Of a stretch of DNA of 64,000 nucleotides, positions 1 through 11,121 are shown piece after piece. A program made the translations under genes and the position numbers. Each line of letters begins with the position of its first letter. The stretch's first letter is position 1. The DNA lies in the NCBI GenBank assembly GCA_963844715.1, contig CAWJPJ010000006.1, positions 1,192,907 through 1,256,906 of the forward strand. Direction: 5' to 3'. Under the pieces are notes generated by a model. That model saw only the letters and a program-made list of their open reading frames with translations, was not told where the DNA came from and did no database searches. The stretch comes from an uncultured Phycisphaerales bacterium (GTDB taxonomy: Bacteria > Planctomycetota > Phycisphaerae > Tepidisphaerales > Tepidisphaeraceae).

Positions 1-429
1 CGGAGTGCTCTGCTTTGAAAACCAGGCCCCGATCTGCGAAAGCCGGGGACGAGAATGAAAATACTCTTCTGTCTCCTCGCGGGTCACTCGCGCGATCGTC
101 CCTTCCACGCGCACCTGTCTCTCGAGACTTTCCCAAAAGAATACCATTGCCGCGTGCGGATTTACCTCCAGATCGCATCCCTTGCGGCCGTCGTAATTCG
201 TGTAAAAAACAAAGCCGCGGGAATCGAACCCCTTCAGCAGCATCACCCGCGCGGAAGGCTTCCCCGACGGATCGGCGGTGGCCAGGACCATCGCGTTGGC
301 CTCCCCCGTCTTCGCAGCCACCGCTTCTTCCAGCCACTTCGCAAACTGCGCCATCGGCTCGGACAACGTGGACGAGTCGTCCAAGTGCCCTTTGCCGTAT
401 TCGACGCGCAAGTCACGTGGATCGATCAT
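1..429 (-). CDS. pdxH: Pyridoxamine 5'-phosphate oxidase (3' end outside window)
   Basis: Manual minus-strand translation from ATG 429: MIDPRDLRVEY...NAMVLATADPSGKPSARVMLLKGFDSRGFVFYTNYDGRKG...FFWESLERQVRVEG...YFHSRPRLSQIGAW; not in the ORF track. Confidence 0.92.
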   Translation of the reverse strand, partial: MIDPRDLRVEYGKGHLDDSSTLSEPMAQFAKWLEEAVAAKTGEANAMVLATADPSGKPSARVMLLKGFDSRGFVFYTNYDGRKGCDLEVNPHAAMVFFWESLERQVRVEGTIARVTREETEEYFHSRPRLSQIGAWFSKQSTP

Positions 430-724
430 GGCCTTTCCTTTTGCGCGGCCACAATGGGGGCCAACTATGATCTTTGCGCCACTTCGCTTCGGCGCGATCT
501 TCCTTTTCCTTAAGCTTTGAAAATTCGGCCAGCGTCATGCATTGCATCGTGCGCTCGATTGGCCGGGATAGGGCCTCGGCGCCATATCTTGCCAATCGCA
601 CCAATTCGAGCAATTCGATTCGCTGCTGACCCGTAAGCGAATGTACCCAATTCGATTCTTCTTGCTCGTTCCTAAAATTCGGAACCGGAATCGAAAATAA
701 CGAGCGGTCGAAGGGATCGAGCAT
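413..724 (-). CDS. Small hypothetical protein (~103 aa)
   Basis: MLDPFDRSLFS...WVHSLTGQQRIELLELVRLARYG; overlaps the pdxH start; looks more AT-rich than its neighbours. Confidence 0.55.
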   Translation of the reverse strand: MLDPFDRSLFSIPVPNFRNEQEESNWVHSLTGQQRIELLELVRLARYGAEALSRPIERTMQCMTLAEFSKLKEKEDRAEAKWRKDHSWPPLWPRKRKGHDRST

Positions 725-853
725 GGCAGTGTCTCCAGTTCGCTCGCTCGTCGAAATCAATCCCCGATTACGCCGCACAAAATTGGACGTCCTCGGCCTC
801 CAAATCGGTGAGCGCCACAAATCCAAACCGCGACTTGTCCAGCTTCTCTTCGA

Positions 854-1868
854 TCATTGCTTATAAAACTTCGGCTCCGGCTTACCGAGCTTCTCCCATT
901 GCTTATTGATCTCATCCATCTTCCCAGCGCTATTCAGCACGTGCAGCTTCCTCTGCACCATCTTTGTGATCGCCTCGCGGGCCGGGCCGAGGTAATTCCG
1001 TGGATCGAACTCCGCCGGCTTGGTCGCGAAGACCTCGCGAATCTTGGCGGTCATGGCCAGGCGGAGATCGGTGTCGATGTTCACCTTGCAGACCCCGTAA
1101 TTCCGCACCGCCATCGAAATCTGGTCCTCCGGCACGCCGCTGCGCGTTCGGCATCGCGCCGCCGTACTTGTTCACCAGGTCGATGAACTCCTGCGGCACG
1201 CTGCTGCTCCCATGCATCACCAGCGGCAAGCCCGGGCACGTCTTCATGATCTGCTCGATCCGATTGAACGCGAGCTTCGCCTCGTGCTTGAACTTGTATG
1301 CCCCATGGCTCGTTCCGATGGCAACGGCCAAACTGTCGATCCCCGCCCTCTCAGAAAAATCCGCCGCCTGCTCCGGGTCGGTCAAAAACTTCTCGACGTT
1401 CTTCTCATATTCCGCGGCGTCCAGTCCGACCACGTCTTCCTCGATCCCGCCGAGCATTCCCAGCTCTGCTTCAACGACCACGCCCGCCGCGTGCGAAATC
1501 TTCACCGCCTCGGCGGACAACTTGATGTTCTCCTCGAGCGGATGATGGCTCCCGTCGATCATGACGCTGGTGTATCCGTCATTGATGCAGGTCTGGATCA
1601 GATCGATCGTATCTCCATGATCGCAGTGAATCGCGATCGGCAGTTCCGGATGCTCCTCCACCGCCGCATCGATAATGTGCTTCAAATACCGGATGTTCGC
1701 GTACTTCCTCGCCCCCTTGCTGATCTGCAAAATCAGCGGCGATTTCTCCCTGAAGCAGGCGTCGATAATCGCCTGCGCCAGCTCCATGTTGTTGACATTA
1801 AAAGCCCCAACGGCAAACCCGCCGCCATAGGCCAGATCAAACATCGGTTTCGTCGTCATTAAAGGCAT
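854..1868 (-). CDS. fba: Class II fructose-1,6-bisphosphate aldolase (frameshift ~1140)
   Basis: AVGAFNVNNME, HCDHG, DGSH, EAELG, AVAIGTSHGAYKF, VMHGSSSVP; C-terminus CKVNIDTDLR...FDPRNYL in a second frame. Confidence 0.95.
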
Positions 1869-1941
1869 TTCTTTGTTCCTTTCGAGCGCAGAACAAGCAT
1901 TTTAGTGAGGGGAAGCGAAGACGCAAATGAGAGCGAGTGGT

Positions 1942-2073
1942 GAAACCAGAAGCCCGAAGCCAGAAACCAGAATCCATGCCCAAATGCTCAAATGACCGAA
2001 TCGGCCCTTCGGTCATTCGGTCATTCGGGTTTGATTCTGGTTTCGGGTTTCTGGTTTCTGGTTTCGGATTTTC
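1942..2073. repeat. Imperfect palindrome built of 7-mer (AAACCAG/CTGGTTT) and 8-mer (GACCGAAT/ATTCGGTC) units
   Basis: Left arm GAAACCAGAAGCCCGAAGCCAGAAACCAGAATC...GACCGAAT; right arm TTCGGTCATTCGGTCATTCGGG...GATTCTGGTTTCGGGTTTCTGGTTTCTGGTTTC. Confidence 0.9.
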
Positions 2074-2075
2074 GC

Positions 2076-3129
2076 TCACGCAACCGTTATCGAAGAATCG
2101 AGATAAATATCCTGAATCAAATTCAGCAACTTCACCCCATCCGTCATCGGCCGCTGAAACGCCTTGCGGCCGCTGATGAGTCCCATCCCACCGGCGCGCT
2201 TATTGATGACCGCCGTCTTCGCGGCTTCGGCGAAATCATTCGCACCGCTTGCTCCGCCGCTGTTGATCAGCGGGCTGCGGCCCATATAGCAATTCGCCAC
2301 CTGATACCGGCACAGCTCGATCGGGTGATCGCCTGGCGTCAGTTCCGAATAAACGCGCTTGTCCGTCTTCCCGAATTTCAGGGCGGTAAATCCGCCGTTG
2401 GTCTCGGGCAGTTTTTGTTTGATGATGTCCGCCTGGATCGTCACGCCAAGATGATTCGCCTGCCCGGTTAGATCGGCGGCGACATGATAATCCTTCTCCG
2501 CCGTCTTGAACGCGGGATTGCGCAGGTAGCACCAGAGCACGGTCACCAATCCCAGCTCGATGCGCCGCGGCAAACATCTTGGACACTTCCTGAATCTGCC
2601 GCGACGACTCGTCCGATCCGAAGTAAATCGTCGCCCCCACCGCCACCGCGCCCATGTCGAACGCCTGCTTGACGCTCCCGAACATGATTTGATCGAACTT
2701 GTTCGGATAAGTCAGAAATTCGTTGTGATTCAGTTTCACCAGGAAGGGAATCCTGTGCGCATATTTGCGCGAGCACGATCCCAGGACGCCCAGCGTCGAC
2801 GCCACCGCGTTGCAGCCGCCTTCGACGGCCAGCTTGATGATATTCTGCGGATCGAAGTACAAGGGATTGGCCGCGAAGCTCGCCCCGGCCGAGTGCTCGA
2901 TCCCCTGATCCACCGGGAGAATCGAAACATATCCCGTCCCCGACAGCCGCCCGTGGTTGATAATCTGATTGAAATTGCGCAGAACGTTCGGACACCGATC
3001 CGTCTGAGCAACAATTCGATCCACAAAATCCGGCCCCGGAAGATGAAGTGATTCCTTCTTGAATCCCTTGGCCGTGTAATTCAACAATTTGTCCGCGTCA
3101 TTTCCCAAAAGATCTGTAATCGCGCTCAT
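2076..3129 (-). CDS. fbaB: Class I (DhnA-type) fructose-bisphosphate aldolase (frameshift ~2565)
   Basis: [51 protein letters not shown]. Confidence 0.95.
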
Positions 3130-3269
3130 AGTTCTCCTTCATGGAATGCGAATTCTAGCCACTATGATTAGAATTCGTCCCCGAAGTAATAGGGAAATCG
3201 CCCTATTTTTTGTCGATAAATGATTTTTCGCACTCCAAACGCCCGCCGCGCCGTCGTGGGCCATTTTAT

Positions 3270-3626
3270 TTATATCGAAGACTGATTCCCCGCCCCGCGA
3301 AGCAGTTCAGGAAGGATTTGCACAAACCGGCTCCGCGCCACGATATCCCGAATCCCCATCCCCCTGGCGGCGTTAATGGTTTCTTCATCAACATGCGAAA
3401 CGAACCCGACGACCTTTCCTCCCCCCTTCTGCCATTCCGCCGCCGCTTCCGACGCCCCGGCCAGATTCAAATCAACGATGAGGAGCCGTCCCCCCGGCGG
3501 CAATTTCCCGGCCTCGCGCACAATCTGGCACTCGACCCCCGCCGCCCGAGCCTCAGCCATAATCCGCCCCGAAAACATCAGGTCGCGAACCAGCGCAAGG
3601 ATTGGATATGTAATGCTTTCCGCCAC
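3270..3626 (-). CDS. Stand-alone receiver-like domain protein
   Basis: ILALVRDLMFSGRI...LLIVDLN...VVGFVSHVDEETINAARGMG; CheY-like alpha/beta pattern. Confidence 0.7.
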   Translation of the reverse strand: MAESITYPILALVRDLMFSGRIMAEARAAGVECQIVREAGKLPPGGRLLIVDLNLAGASEAAAEWQKGGGKVVGFVSHVDEETINAARGMGIRDIVARSRFVQILPELLRGAGNQSSI

Positions 3627-3682
3627 AGTGTGAAATTCTATTCCAAACGATTGAAAACATCGCGTCGAAAAGCGCGCCTCCC

Positions 3683-3735
3683 CATTCGGTCATTCGGTCA
3701 TTGATTCGTCATTCGGATTTCGTCATTCGGATTTC
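3683..3735. repeat. Single arm of the CATTCGGT/TTCGGATTT repeat family; contains the stop codon of the LysM gene
   Basis: CATTCGGTCATTCGGTCATTGATTCGTCATTCGGATTTCGTCATTCGGATTT. Confidence 0.8.
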
Positions 3736-4843
3736 CCGCCATCCTTCCCCTTCGGATGCTCCACAGGATAAAACTCCCCCGTAAATTCCTTGTTCACCCT
3801 TTCCTCCTGCGTCGGCCCAGCCGCGGCTGTCTCCGCCGTCCCCGCCAATTTCTTGATGGGCGTCGGCCCCGCCGCCGGCCCCGTTGGCACAGCCGCCGCG
3901 TTCTGCCCACCCAGCGCCCCGAAGTGCGCAGAGACTCTTCCATATTCGTCGCCAGATCGTGTACTTGCTGAATACCCGCCGCCGTAATGCCCACGGCCTC
4001 TTTCACTGGCTCCGATCCCGATCCGGACGTCGCCTTTGCCGGCTTAAACCGGCTCAAATCGTATGTCGCCGTATGCACCCGCCCAAGCCCGCCCTTCTTC
4101 ATCGCCAGCAGCAGGCCCGGCCAGATAATTCCAATCACCAAAACCGATCCCCCGATCCAGGCCTCGTAAACATACTGCGGCGCTTCCCACCAAGCCGTGT
4201 GATAGGTGACCTGAATCCCCTCCTTGCTCGCATCGTTCAAGAAGTCGACGACGGTCCGGTTCAACGCCGGGTTGTAAGGAACGAAATACATGAAAAATGG
4301 GCGAAACCGGATCATCCCCCGGCTGGGCGCCGTCCGCAGCAGCTCATTGGCATTGATGATCGCATCCTCCCCCTCCGGCGTGTCCTTGCCGTAATGGTCC
4401 TTCGTCACCGACGCCAGCGTATCCCCTCTTTTTGCGAGATAGATCATCGCCCCGGGATACGCCCGATCCCCGTACGCCCCCACCGCCCATCGCGGCGCGG
4501 CCTCGTAGGGAATCGGCGCGACCATCGTGAACGACTGAACCCCCGCGTCCTTCGGATGATCCTCCGGCACGACCAGGCAGTTGAATGTCACCACCTGCTT
4601 CAATACCGTCCCATCCCCATACTGAAACGGCGCCGGCGGATAAATCATCACGTTGGTAATCCAAGGCTGACGATTCGGCCCCACCGGCGATTTAATCAAA
4701 TTCCTCTCAAAATCCGTCGTATCCATCGAAGCATACGTCGGGGGAAGATCCCGCATGTTCGCATTGATATACGCCAGCGCAGTCCCCACCACCACGCTCA
4801 CCACCACCCAATGCCACCACTTCATGTCCTCAACAAATCCCAT
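3723..4843 (-). CDS. Membrane protein with LysM-like domain (frameshift ~3920)
   Basis: Two TM segments flanking IYLAKRGDTLASVTKDHYG...IINAN; second frame ends KEFTGEFYPVEHPKGKDGGKSE*. Confidence 0.65.
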
Positions 4844-4892
4844 AACGTCCCCGGCTATCGCGCTATACCGCGCACAAACCGCTGAAGAACTT

Positions 4893-4930
4893 TCCCCTCT
4901 CCCCATGTAATCATGGGGAGAGGGAAAAAA
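4893..4930. repeat. REP-like hairpin of the CCCTCTCCC...GGGAGAGGG family
   Basis: TCCCCTCTCCCCATG TAAT CATGGGGAGAGGGAAAAAA; related copy at ~6101-6140. Confidence 0.7.
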
Positions 4931-5017
4931 AGCCACCGCAAAAAAAGTAATTGTTCCACCATATAAAACGACGCTCTCATCGCGCGGCGCTCGGTCCCAC
5001 TCTCAACCGCGCGGCCG

Positions 5018-6010
5018 TCATTCTTTCTTCCGCGTCTCGTCATCCGAGGCCAGCTCCGCCACCTGCTGCTCCAGATGCCTGATCCGTTCCAGCAACTCCG
5101 GCAATTGCATCGTCAGCGACAGAACCTTCCGCCCATGCGGCGCCTCCGTTGCCGGCGAACCCATCATCAGCGCCTGATCCGGCACATCTTCCATTACCCC
5201 CGCCTGCGCCGCGATGATCACGCTGTCGCCGATATTCAAATGCCCGACGACTCCGGCCTGCCCGCCGATCGTCACGTGATGTCCGATCTTTGTGCTTCCG
5301 GCGATTCCAACCAGCGAAACCAAAAGCCCCGCCGGCCCGATCTTCGCCCCATGCCCGATGCTGATCAGGTCGCTCATCTTCGTCCCCTTACCGATGACGG
5401 TGCTCCCCATCGTCGCCCGCTGGATGGCCACATTGGCCCCGATCTCGACATCGTCTTCCAATATGACGTTGCCGACGGTCGGAATTTTATAATGCACGCC
5501 CTTATGCGTTGAATATCCGAACCCGTCCTGCCCGATGACCGCCCCCGCATGCAGCGTGACCCGATCCCCCAGCACGCAATCGTCGTAAACCACCGCGTTA
5601 GGATACAAAATGCAATCCTTCCCCAGCACCGCCCGCGGCCCCACGTAAACGCCGGGATAAAGCACCGACCCCGCGCCGATCTTCGCAGTCGAATCGATAG
5701 CTGCCGACGGATGAATCCCCCGATGCGGATGCTGCCGATGCCCATGCAGCAAAACCACGGCTTGCATAAACGCGTAATACGGGTCGGCCGTATGCAGAAG
5801 CGTCACGCGATCGCTTCGCGCAGCGCACGGCGCGATCACGGCCGACGCATTCGTCGTCGCCAAAAGCTTCGCGTATTTCGGATTGGACAGAAAGCTGACC
5901 TGCCCCGGCATGGCGTCCTCTAGCGTCTGCGCCGACGAAATCACCCCCGACCCGTCCCCGATCACCACCGCGCCGATCTTTTCCGCCAGTTCCGCGATCG
6001 TCACACTCAT
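5018..6010 (-). CDS. lpxD: UDP-3-O-acylglucosamine N-acyltransferase
   Basis: Start MSVTIAELAEKIG; SFLSNPKY, DPYYAF, hexapeptide repeats, GQDGFGY, VEIGAN. Confidence 0.95.
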   Translation of the reverse strand: MSVTIAELAEKIGAVVIGDGSGVISSAQTLEDAMPGQVSFLSNPKYAKLLATTNASAVIAPCAARSDRVTLLHTADPYYAFMQAVVLLHGHRQHPHRGIHPSAAIDSTAKIGAGSVLYPGVYVGPRAVLGKDCILYPNAVVYDDCVLGDRVTLHAGAVIGQDGFGYSTHKGVHYKIPTVGNVILEDDVEIGANVAIQRATMGSTVIGKGTKMSDLISIGHGAKIGPAGLLVSLVGIAGSTKIGHHVTIGGQAGVVGHLNIGDSVIIAAQAGVMEDVPDQALMMGSPATEAPHGRKVLSLTMQLPELLERIRHLEQQVAELASDDETRKKE

Positions 6011-6220
6011 GCTGCCTCGCTTTGCATTCGCCGCCCCGTTTCGGTTCAATGACCGCGTGCGAGACAGCGCCTTCGTCCCTCGCCGGCGTCCCCCCGTTTT
6101 CCCCCTCTCCCGGTACTCCGGGGGAGGGCAAGGGAGGGGAGCGCGTTCCGTCATCGGGCGCGTTTCTCGCCCCAGGAGCGGCAGCACCATTAACGCTCCA
6201 AACCCAAACGGAATCAACCC

Positions 6221-7756
6221 ATGAGCCATCTTCTCGGCATCGACGTCGGCACCAGCGGCACCAAAACCCTCATCGCCGCCCCCAGCGGCAAAGTTCTCGC
6301 CACCGCCATGGCCGAGCATCCCATCTCTTCCCCCAGGCCCGGCTGGTCCGAACAAAACCCGCGCGACTGGTGGAAAGCCGCGGTCATCGCCACCCACGCC
6401 GTCCTCAAAAAATCCAAAATCAAACCCACCGAAATCGCCGCCATCGGGCTCTCCGGGCAAATGCACGGCAGCGTCTTTCTCGCCGACGGACCCAAGCCGC
6501 TTCGGCCGGCCCTCCTCTGGAACGATCAGCGGACAACGGAGGAGTGCCGACAGATCGAATCCATCGCAGGCGGCCGAGCGGCTTTGGTGGACCTGGTCGC
6601 AAACCCCGCCTTGACGGGATTCACCGCGCCCAAAATCCTCTGGGTCCGCAAGCACGAGCCCAAGATTTACGAACGAACCAAACACATCCTTCTCCCAAAA
6701 GACTATTTGCGCTTCCTTCTCACCGGCGAGTACGCCACCGAAGTCAGCGACGCCAGCGGCACGCTCCTCCTCGACGTCGCCAATCGCCGCTGGTCCACTC
6801 GATTGCTCGATCTCCTGCAAATAGACGCCGCTCTCCTCCCGCGCGTGCACGAATCTCCGGAAATCACCGGCACGCTCACCAAATCCGCCGCCAGGGAACT
6901 CGGCCTCCCCCCGGGCATCCCCGTCGTGGGCGGCGCGGGCGACCAGGCGGCCGGCGCCGTCGGCAACGGCGTCGTCTCCCCGGGCGTCCTCAGCGCCGCG
7001 CTCGGGACCAGCGGCGTCATGTTCGCCCACAGCGAATCGCCTGTCCGCGATCCCCAGGGCCGCGTCCACACTATGTGCCACGCCGTCCCCGGGAAATGGT
7101 GCGTCTTCGGCTGCATGCTCTCCGCCGGGGGGTCCCTCCAATGGTTCCGCAACAATCTCGGCCAAGCGGAGGTCGCCGCCGCCAAGAAACGCCGCATCGA
7201 CCCATACGAACTCATCACCGCCCAAGCAGAAATGTCCCCACCCGGCTCCGAGGGGACATTTTTTCTCCCTTATCTCACCGGCGAACGCTGCCCCTACCCC
7301 GACCCCCAGGCCCGAGGCGGCTGGATTGGCGTCACCTCCAGAACCACACGCCCCATGCTCATTCGCTCCCTATTGGAAGGGGTCACCTTCGGCATGCGCG
7401 ACGCGCTGGAAATCATGCAGGAAATGAACATCCCCATGACCCAAATCCGAGCCACCGGCGGCGGCGCCCGCAGCCGATTCTGGCGACAACTCCAGGCCGA
7501 CATCTACCGCCAACCCATCATCTCGACGAATGCCGCCGAAGGCCCCGCCTACGGCGCAGCCATCCTCGCCGGCATCGGAGCAAGAGTCTGGAATTCAGTT
7601 GAGGAAGCCTGCCAGTGCTCGATCAGGCAAATCAACCGATCGACCCCAAACAAAAAACTCGCGGATTTCTACGACCGCGCGTATGCGGTTTATCACAAGC
7701 TTTATGGCGATTTGAAAAATCGATTCCCGGAAATGTCAACACTGACTGTCAATTGA
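6221..7756 (+). CDS. xylB: Xylulokinase (FGGY family)
   Basis: [52 protein letters not shown]. Confidence 0.95.
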   Translation: MSHLLGIDVGTSGTKTLIAAPSGKVLATAMAEHPISSPRPGWSEQNPRDWWKAAVIATHAVLKKSKIKPTEIAAIGLSGQMHGSVFLADGPKPLRPALLWNDQRTTEECRQIESIAGGRAALVDLVANPALTGFTAPKILWVRKHEPKIYERTKHILLPKDYLRFLLTGEYATEVSDASGTLLLDVANRRWSTRLLDLLQIDAALLPRVHESPEITGTLTKSAARELGLPPGIPVVGGAGDQAAGAVGNGVVSPGVLSAALGTSGVMFAHSESPVRDPQGRVHTMCHAVPGKWCVFGCMLSAGGSLQWFRNNLGQAEVAAAKKRRIDPYELITAQAEMSPPGSEGTFFLPYLTGERCPYPDPQARGGWIGVTSRTTRPMLIRSLLEGVTFGMRDALEIMQEMNIPMTQIRATGGGARSRFWRQLQADIYRQPIISTNAAEGPAYGAAILAGIGARVWNSVEEACQCSIRQINRSTPNKKLADFYDRAYAVYHKLYGDLKNRFPEMSTLTVN

Positions 7757-7897
7757 AAATACACCTGTCAGTCACATCGCCTAATCATCGTTGGACTGAA
7801 GCCCCCCCAAAATCCTTGCTCAGCGGTATCATGGCGGCTAGAAAAGCTTAAATGCAGATGACAGCGGGTTGCTCTTTATTCACAGTGGACGTTCCAA

Positions 7898-9707
7898 ATG
7901 CCTGACGTTGAACTAATTCAGCTTTTAAATCGACTTGAGAGCTCGGCCGAGCCGCTGGAAGAGTGGACGATCTATACAGAAATCTTGCGAATACGGCCCG
8001 AAATCGCACACCATATTATCCACCCAGATTTCTTCGAGGCTAGTGCGGAAGCCCTAGCCTTCGCGATTTGCGAGCCGTTGGACGAATCTGACAGGGAAGG
8101 TTTATTTTTGAACTTTCGCGAAAACGGCGCATGGGCAGCGGTTGCGCAAGATCAGCAAAGAGTTTTGCAGTATTGGGCCGAGCGTGCCGGCGCGACAGCC
8201 CACCCCGTACTACGCGCGAGGTACGCCGGTCTCGTATGGGAGCTTGAAAATCCACCGTCCGTCGAGATGGCGCGGGCGTACATCGATGCCGCGGTGGCGA
8301 TGAGCCAGGCGAGTTGCCATAAGTATGAAGGCGACGTGATGTTCAGGCTGGAGTATGGACTCGGGCTCGCCATTCGGATCAACGACGGCGCGCGCATTGA
8401 CGCCGTCCGTAACGCCATCATTGGATTTGAAAAGCAAATCGGCGATGACGGGGCGATCGGAACTTGGGGTCGCGCCTTTGACTTGCTCTGCGAGAACAAA
8501 AAAAGCCGAATCACGGACGAGCAACGGCGAAATCTAATCGTCGATCTCGAAGATCGCCTCGAGCCGCATTTCCAATCCCGCGGTCGAGGGAGGTGGGCTG
8601 GATCCCCATGGATCTGAAGCGGCTGCTCGCCGCCTGGCACGCTATTATCGCAAGGCCGAGCAATTGGGAGACGTTGAGCGCGTACTCATAAAGGTTGGCC
8701 GCGCTTTCGAGGCGTTTGCAGCTACCGCAGATCCCTTACTTGCGCAGGCGTGGTTTGCCGACGTCGAACGACTTTACCGCGAATTCGGCCTCATAGAAAA
8801 CGCTTCACGGCTGCGAACGAAAATCCGCGATCTGGGACCAAGCGCAGTTCGTCGGCTCGTTCCTTTTCGACAAGAGATCGAGATCAAGCAAGAGGACATC
8901 GATCGATACGTATCTAACATAGTTGAGGGCAACGATGACACCGTCGTCGCGCAGTTTATTATCTACCACATTCCCCGTCGTCGCAAGACAGAGAAGCGCC
9001 TGAAGAAAATCTCTTCCAAAACGCCGGAGATGTTAGTCGGTCATCAGACGATCGTTGATCCGGCAGGCAGGCCCGTCGTTTCGCTCGGGTCCCTCGAGAG
9101 CGACATCGACGGACACATAATGATCCACACGAAGCGCGAGATCGGATTTGTGTCGATTTATATGCGAGCCGTTATTGAGGCGATGATTTCACGCCGCATC
9201 ATCGATACTGAAAAGGTGCTAGCGCGAGTGGACGGCTCGCCGCTTTTCGATAGCAGTAAGCGACCAATTATTGAGCAAGCTCTAAAATTCTATTTCGATA
9301 AAAAGCCCATGTTGTTTCTTCATTTGGCGATCCCACAAATTGAATCCGCGGTCCGCAAATTGGCGGAGTTGTTAGGGGTAGATACATACCGACCTAATCG
9401 CGTAGGTGGAATGGATCTGCGCAGCATGGACGATCTTTTACGCGAGCAAACAGTCGTAGAAACATTGAAAAGCGACGTCACAGATTATTTTCGCATGCTT
9501 TACACAGACAAGCGGGGTATCAATTTGCACAACGATTTATGTCATGGGATGTTGCCGACGGAAACGTTTGGAATCGGCTTGGCCGACCGTGTTTTTCACA
9601 CGCTCCTGCTCCTCACGCTAATTAAGGCCGCACCCAACGAGGGCTCCCATGCGGGCTCGGAGACGACGGACCGCAGCAGAATTGTGTCATCGGGAGAGCA
9701 AAAATGA
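7898..9707 (+). CDS. DUF4209-like protein with HEPN-like C-terminus (frameshift ~8566)
   Basis: HPVLRARYAGLVWE; C-terminal HLAIPQIESAVRKL...GINLHNDLCHG; codon usage differs from host genes by eye. Confidence 0.75.
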
Positions 9708-10096
9708 ACAAACGCCCTAATCGACGCAGGAAATCCAGCAGAAACGATACGAGGATCGTCGTCGGAAGCACCAACGTCTTCGCCGATTTGGGAATCCCCG
9801 ACGCCGACAAACGATTCGCTAAGGTCCAACTCGCCTACCGAATTCATTTGTTGATTGACAACCTAGGCCTGAGGCAAACCGCCGCCGCCAAGGTGCTGGG
9901 AACAGATCGCGCGAGTATCTCCAATCTCGAGCGCGGGCGACTCGCGGAATTTTCCATCGGCCGCCTGGGTCGGATGCTACGTCTTCTTGAAGAGACCGTG
10001 GATGCGAAAGCGGCCCAATCAGCACTGGCCGAAATGCGGCGAAATAAGCAGAAGCCAATCCCGTGGGAACGGGTCAAAGCAAAGTTGGCCCTCTAG
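9704..10096 (+). CDS. XRE/HigA-like HTH antitoxin or regulator
   Basis: GSTNVFADLG...GLRQTAAAKVLGTDRASISNLERGRLAEFSIGRL; start overlaps the upstream stop (ATGA). Confidence 0.8.
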   Translation: MNKRPNRRRKSSRNDTRIVVGSTNVFADLGIPDADKRFAKVQLAYRIHLLIDNLGLRQTAAAKVLGTDRASISNLERGRLAEFSIGRLGRMLRLLEETVDAKAAQSALAEMRRNKQKPIPWERVKAKLAL

Positions 10097-10098
10097 TC

Positions 10099-11037
10099 CT
10101 ACCCCACCAGCGCCTTCCCGCAATGCGCCTCCAGCACCCTCAGCGGGCACCGCTCCGGCGTCACCATCGCCTCCAGCGGCACGATAAACGTCTGCTCCGT
10201 CATGAACTGCCCCGAAATCGCCGCATGCGGAACCTGGTCGGTATATACCATCCACGTCGCCCCCGGTGCGAACTCCAGGTGAATCCTCTCCCACTTGTTC
10301 TGATATTCCTGGCTCTCCTTGAGGAAGTCGTGGAAATTCAGCATGAACTCGTCGTAAGCCGAGCGGTCCAGCCCCTTCACGCCGACCGACTTCATCACCG
10401 GCGCAAACGTGTGGCGGAGCTTTTCGCCGACCGATCCTGATCTGGCCGCGAACTTCGGCAATCCCGCGTCGTCCGCGAAGGTCTTCACCAATTTGTCGAA
10501 CTTATCCGTCGTCTCCCAAACTCGAGGCCGCGATGGATTGATATTCGTAAACACGCGCAAAATGCGGTCCCCGTGCGTCGGCCGGCTCGGGAACGCGTCC
10601 ACGTGCATCAAATCGTTCCGCTTGTGCACCGACAGATCCCGCCCCTTCTCCTCCAGCGGCCGGAAGCTGGCAAAATCCAGCTTCCGCAATCTTGAATACG
10701 GTTCAAAAAACGTGTCCACGAACTTGGTCACCTGTTGCGAATACCGCCGCATGATGTCGTGCAGCTTCTCATTGTCTTCCTGCGTCTCGCACGCGTCCCC
10801 GCGCAGCGTGTCCTCCTTCGGCCGATACGAAACATTCTTATGAACCTTCAATCCGCTTTGTTTTTGCGAGAGCAGAAATTCCCGATCCGCGGCCGGAAAA
10901 TCGAAAGGCGGCGTATCGAACACCAAAATCTCGCCGTCCTCGAGCATCGAGCAAAAATGCCTCGACAGCTCGACCCCGCGTCCCGCTTCGCGCCAGCCGC
11001 CGGGAAACCCGAATTCAGTCACTTTCAGCATACCCAT
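10099..11037 (-). CDS. kdoO: Kdo hydroxylase family Fe(II)/2OG dioxygenase
   Basis: HKNVSY, ASFRP, NDLMHVDAFPSRPTHGDRILRVFTNINP, RSAYDEFMLNFHDFLKE, TDQVPHAAISGQFMTEQTF. Confidence 0.88.
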   Translation of the reverse strand: MGMLKVTEFGFPGGWREAGRGVELSRHFCSMLEDGEILVFDTPPFDFPAADREFLLSQKQSGLKVHKNVSYRPKEDTLRGDACETQEDNEKLHDIMRRYSQQVTKFVDTFFEPYSRLRKLDFASFRPLEEKGRDLSVHKRNDLMHVDAFPSRPTHGDRILRVFTNINPSRPRVWETTDKFDKLVKTFADDAGLPKFAARSGSVGEKLRHTFAPVMKSVGVKGLDRSAYDEFMLNFHDFLKESQEYQNKWERIHLEFAPGATWMVYTDQVPHAAISGQFMTEQTFIVPLEAMVTPERCPLRVLEAHCGKALVG

Positions 11038-11121
11038 GACAAGCCTCCTGATCTCTGCAACAACCAAACCGGCCCGCCGCGTCCTTTGCGGCCGCCGCCC
11101 CAATCAATCTATATTATTTGC

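Noticed and set aside
15..513. Plus-strand ORFs 15..470 and 55..513, and similar Arg/Pro-rich overlapping ORFs throughout
   Set aside because: These are shadow frames of recognisable genes (here pdxH) in GC-rich DNA.
5018..7225. 735-aa extended LpxD
   Set aside because: The extension is the antisense shadow of xylB plus a REP-like repeat; the real start is 6010.
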